In this document: piece by piece, positions 63,175 to 64,000 of the stretch | Position numbering within the stretch: position 1 is the stretch's first letter | How the letters are laid out: each line of letters begins with the position of its first letter | Source of the DNA: Marsupella aquatica | Taxonomy: Eukaryota > Plantae > Marchantiophyta | Length of the DNA stretch: 64,000 nucleotides | Direction: 5' to 3' | NCBI GenBank assembly: GCA_973895155.1 | Contig: OZ316892.1 | Coordinates: 24,823,233 to 24,887,232 of the forward strand | Program-made: the position numbers and the translations under genes | The notes under the pieces: generated by a model | Told to the model about the DNA's origin: nothing | The model's database searches: none | Seen by the model: the letters and a program-made list of their open reading frames with translations, nothing else

Positions 63175-64000
63175 CATGTTGGGGATTGCTGTCAGACGAA
63201 AGTCCTCACCCTATGCATTCCCACTAGAGAATTTTATTTTTTGGTACGTTCGACCACGTGTGAGTTTAAACGTTTGGTGTGAAAGCCTTGTATATATACA
63301 TATGGCTAGACCCAAGCTCCTTTGTATGAATGACATGCCATATTCATGTTTTAGGGGCACTGATGTGGAAGCTTTCTGACCAACCATTAACAAACAGCAA
63401 GGAATCTGGCCCTTGTCTGTGTCGGATTCTGAACTTAGTTATAGACTACCGTTGACAGAAGCAATGAATTTATTTTTTCAATGCGGAGGTTTTAGTTACG
63501 AGGACCCAAACAACTTTCTTAGGCGATGACGAATAGGTTGTATCAGGGATCTTCTCACGTTCCTACATCGCATGTGTACCGCCTAGTATCCTCGCACAGT
63601 CGTCTAGGAGTCTGGACATCTCCTTTGTACACGAGTGATTATGGTTGTTCAGCCGATGGATTTCATAGCAGATTTCAACTGGTTGCTTTGTTTTTTCACT
63701 GATTGTCCTAAAACCTTTTGCGTCCTTTCACATGGATGGATTCGCTAGCAGAACACATTACCCAGTCTTTTTCCATTGTACACCTTGTCAGAGGATATTG
63801 AAAAAATATGGCTCATTTCATCTGTAATGTATTTAGTATCTCATTGATTGCTGCATTATACCAACTTAAGATACTATCCACTGTCCGAGTCTATGAACTT
63901 CAAAAGTTTGTCTTAACCATTAGTAAGTGTGAGAGAGAGCATCTCGCCACCTGCTGAGGGAAAGGTAACGATACCCGTTGTGTCTGTTTTCAATGAAATA

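Overview
Eukaryotic nuclear DNA from a land plant. A non-seed plant such as a bryophyte is likely, but that is inferred from the gene set and element types. The left ~48 kb is mostly transposon-derived and the right ~24 kb is gene-rich. Supported host genes: a PADRE/DUF4228 protein (4710-5297, -), a CBSX3-like CBS protein (40931-42365, +), a PAT17/SWF1-like DHHC S-acyltransferase (49345-53274, +), an SMP-30/phosphotriesterase-like beta-propeller protein (54555-56801, -) and an AAGAB/p34-like protein (60271-63174, +). A very young full-length Ty1/copia element (22135-28701, -) is inserted in the RT motif of a near-intact CRE-like non-LTR retrotransposon with a restriction-like endonuclease. Also present are a second truncated CRE-like copy, four related solo LTRs, a tRNA-derived SINE, non-autonomous Helitron(s), L1 relics and several tandem repeats. 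The top leads are: (1) an intronless 125-aa secreted Cys-rich ORF (14800-15177, -) whose motif pattern resembles fungal small secreted proteins, a candidate horizontal transfer; (2) a single in-frame UGA separating otherwise intact copia gag and pol, which implies readthrough or a 45-nt mini-intron. All calls were made by eye; no searches were run.
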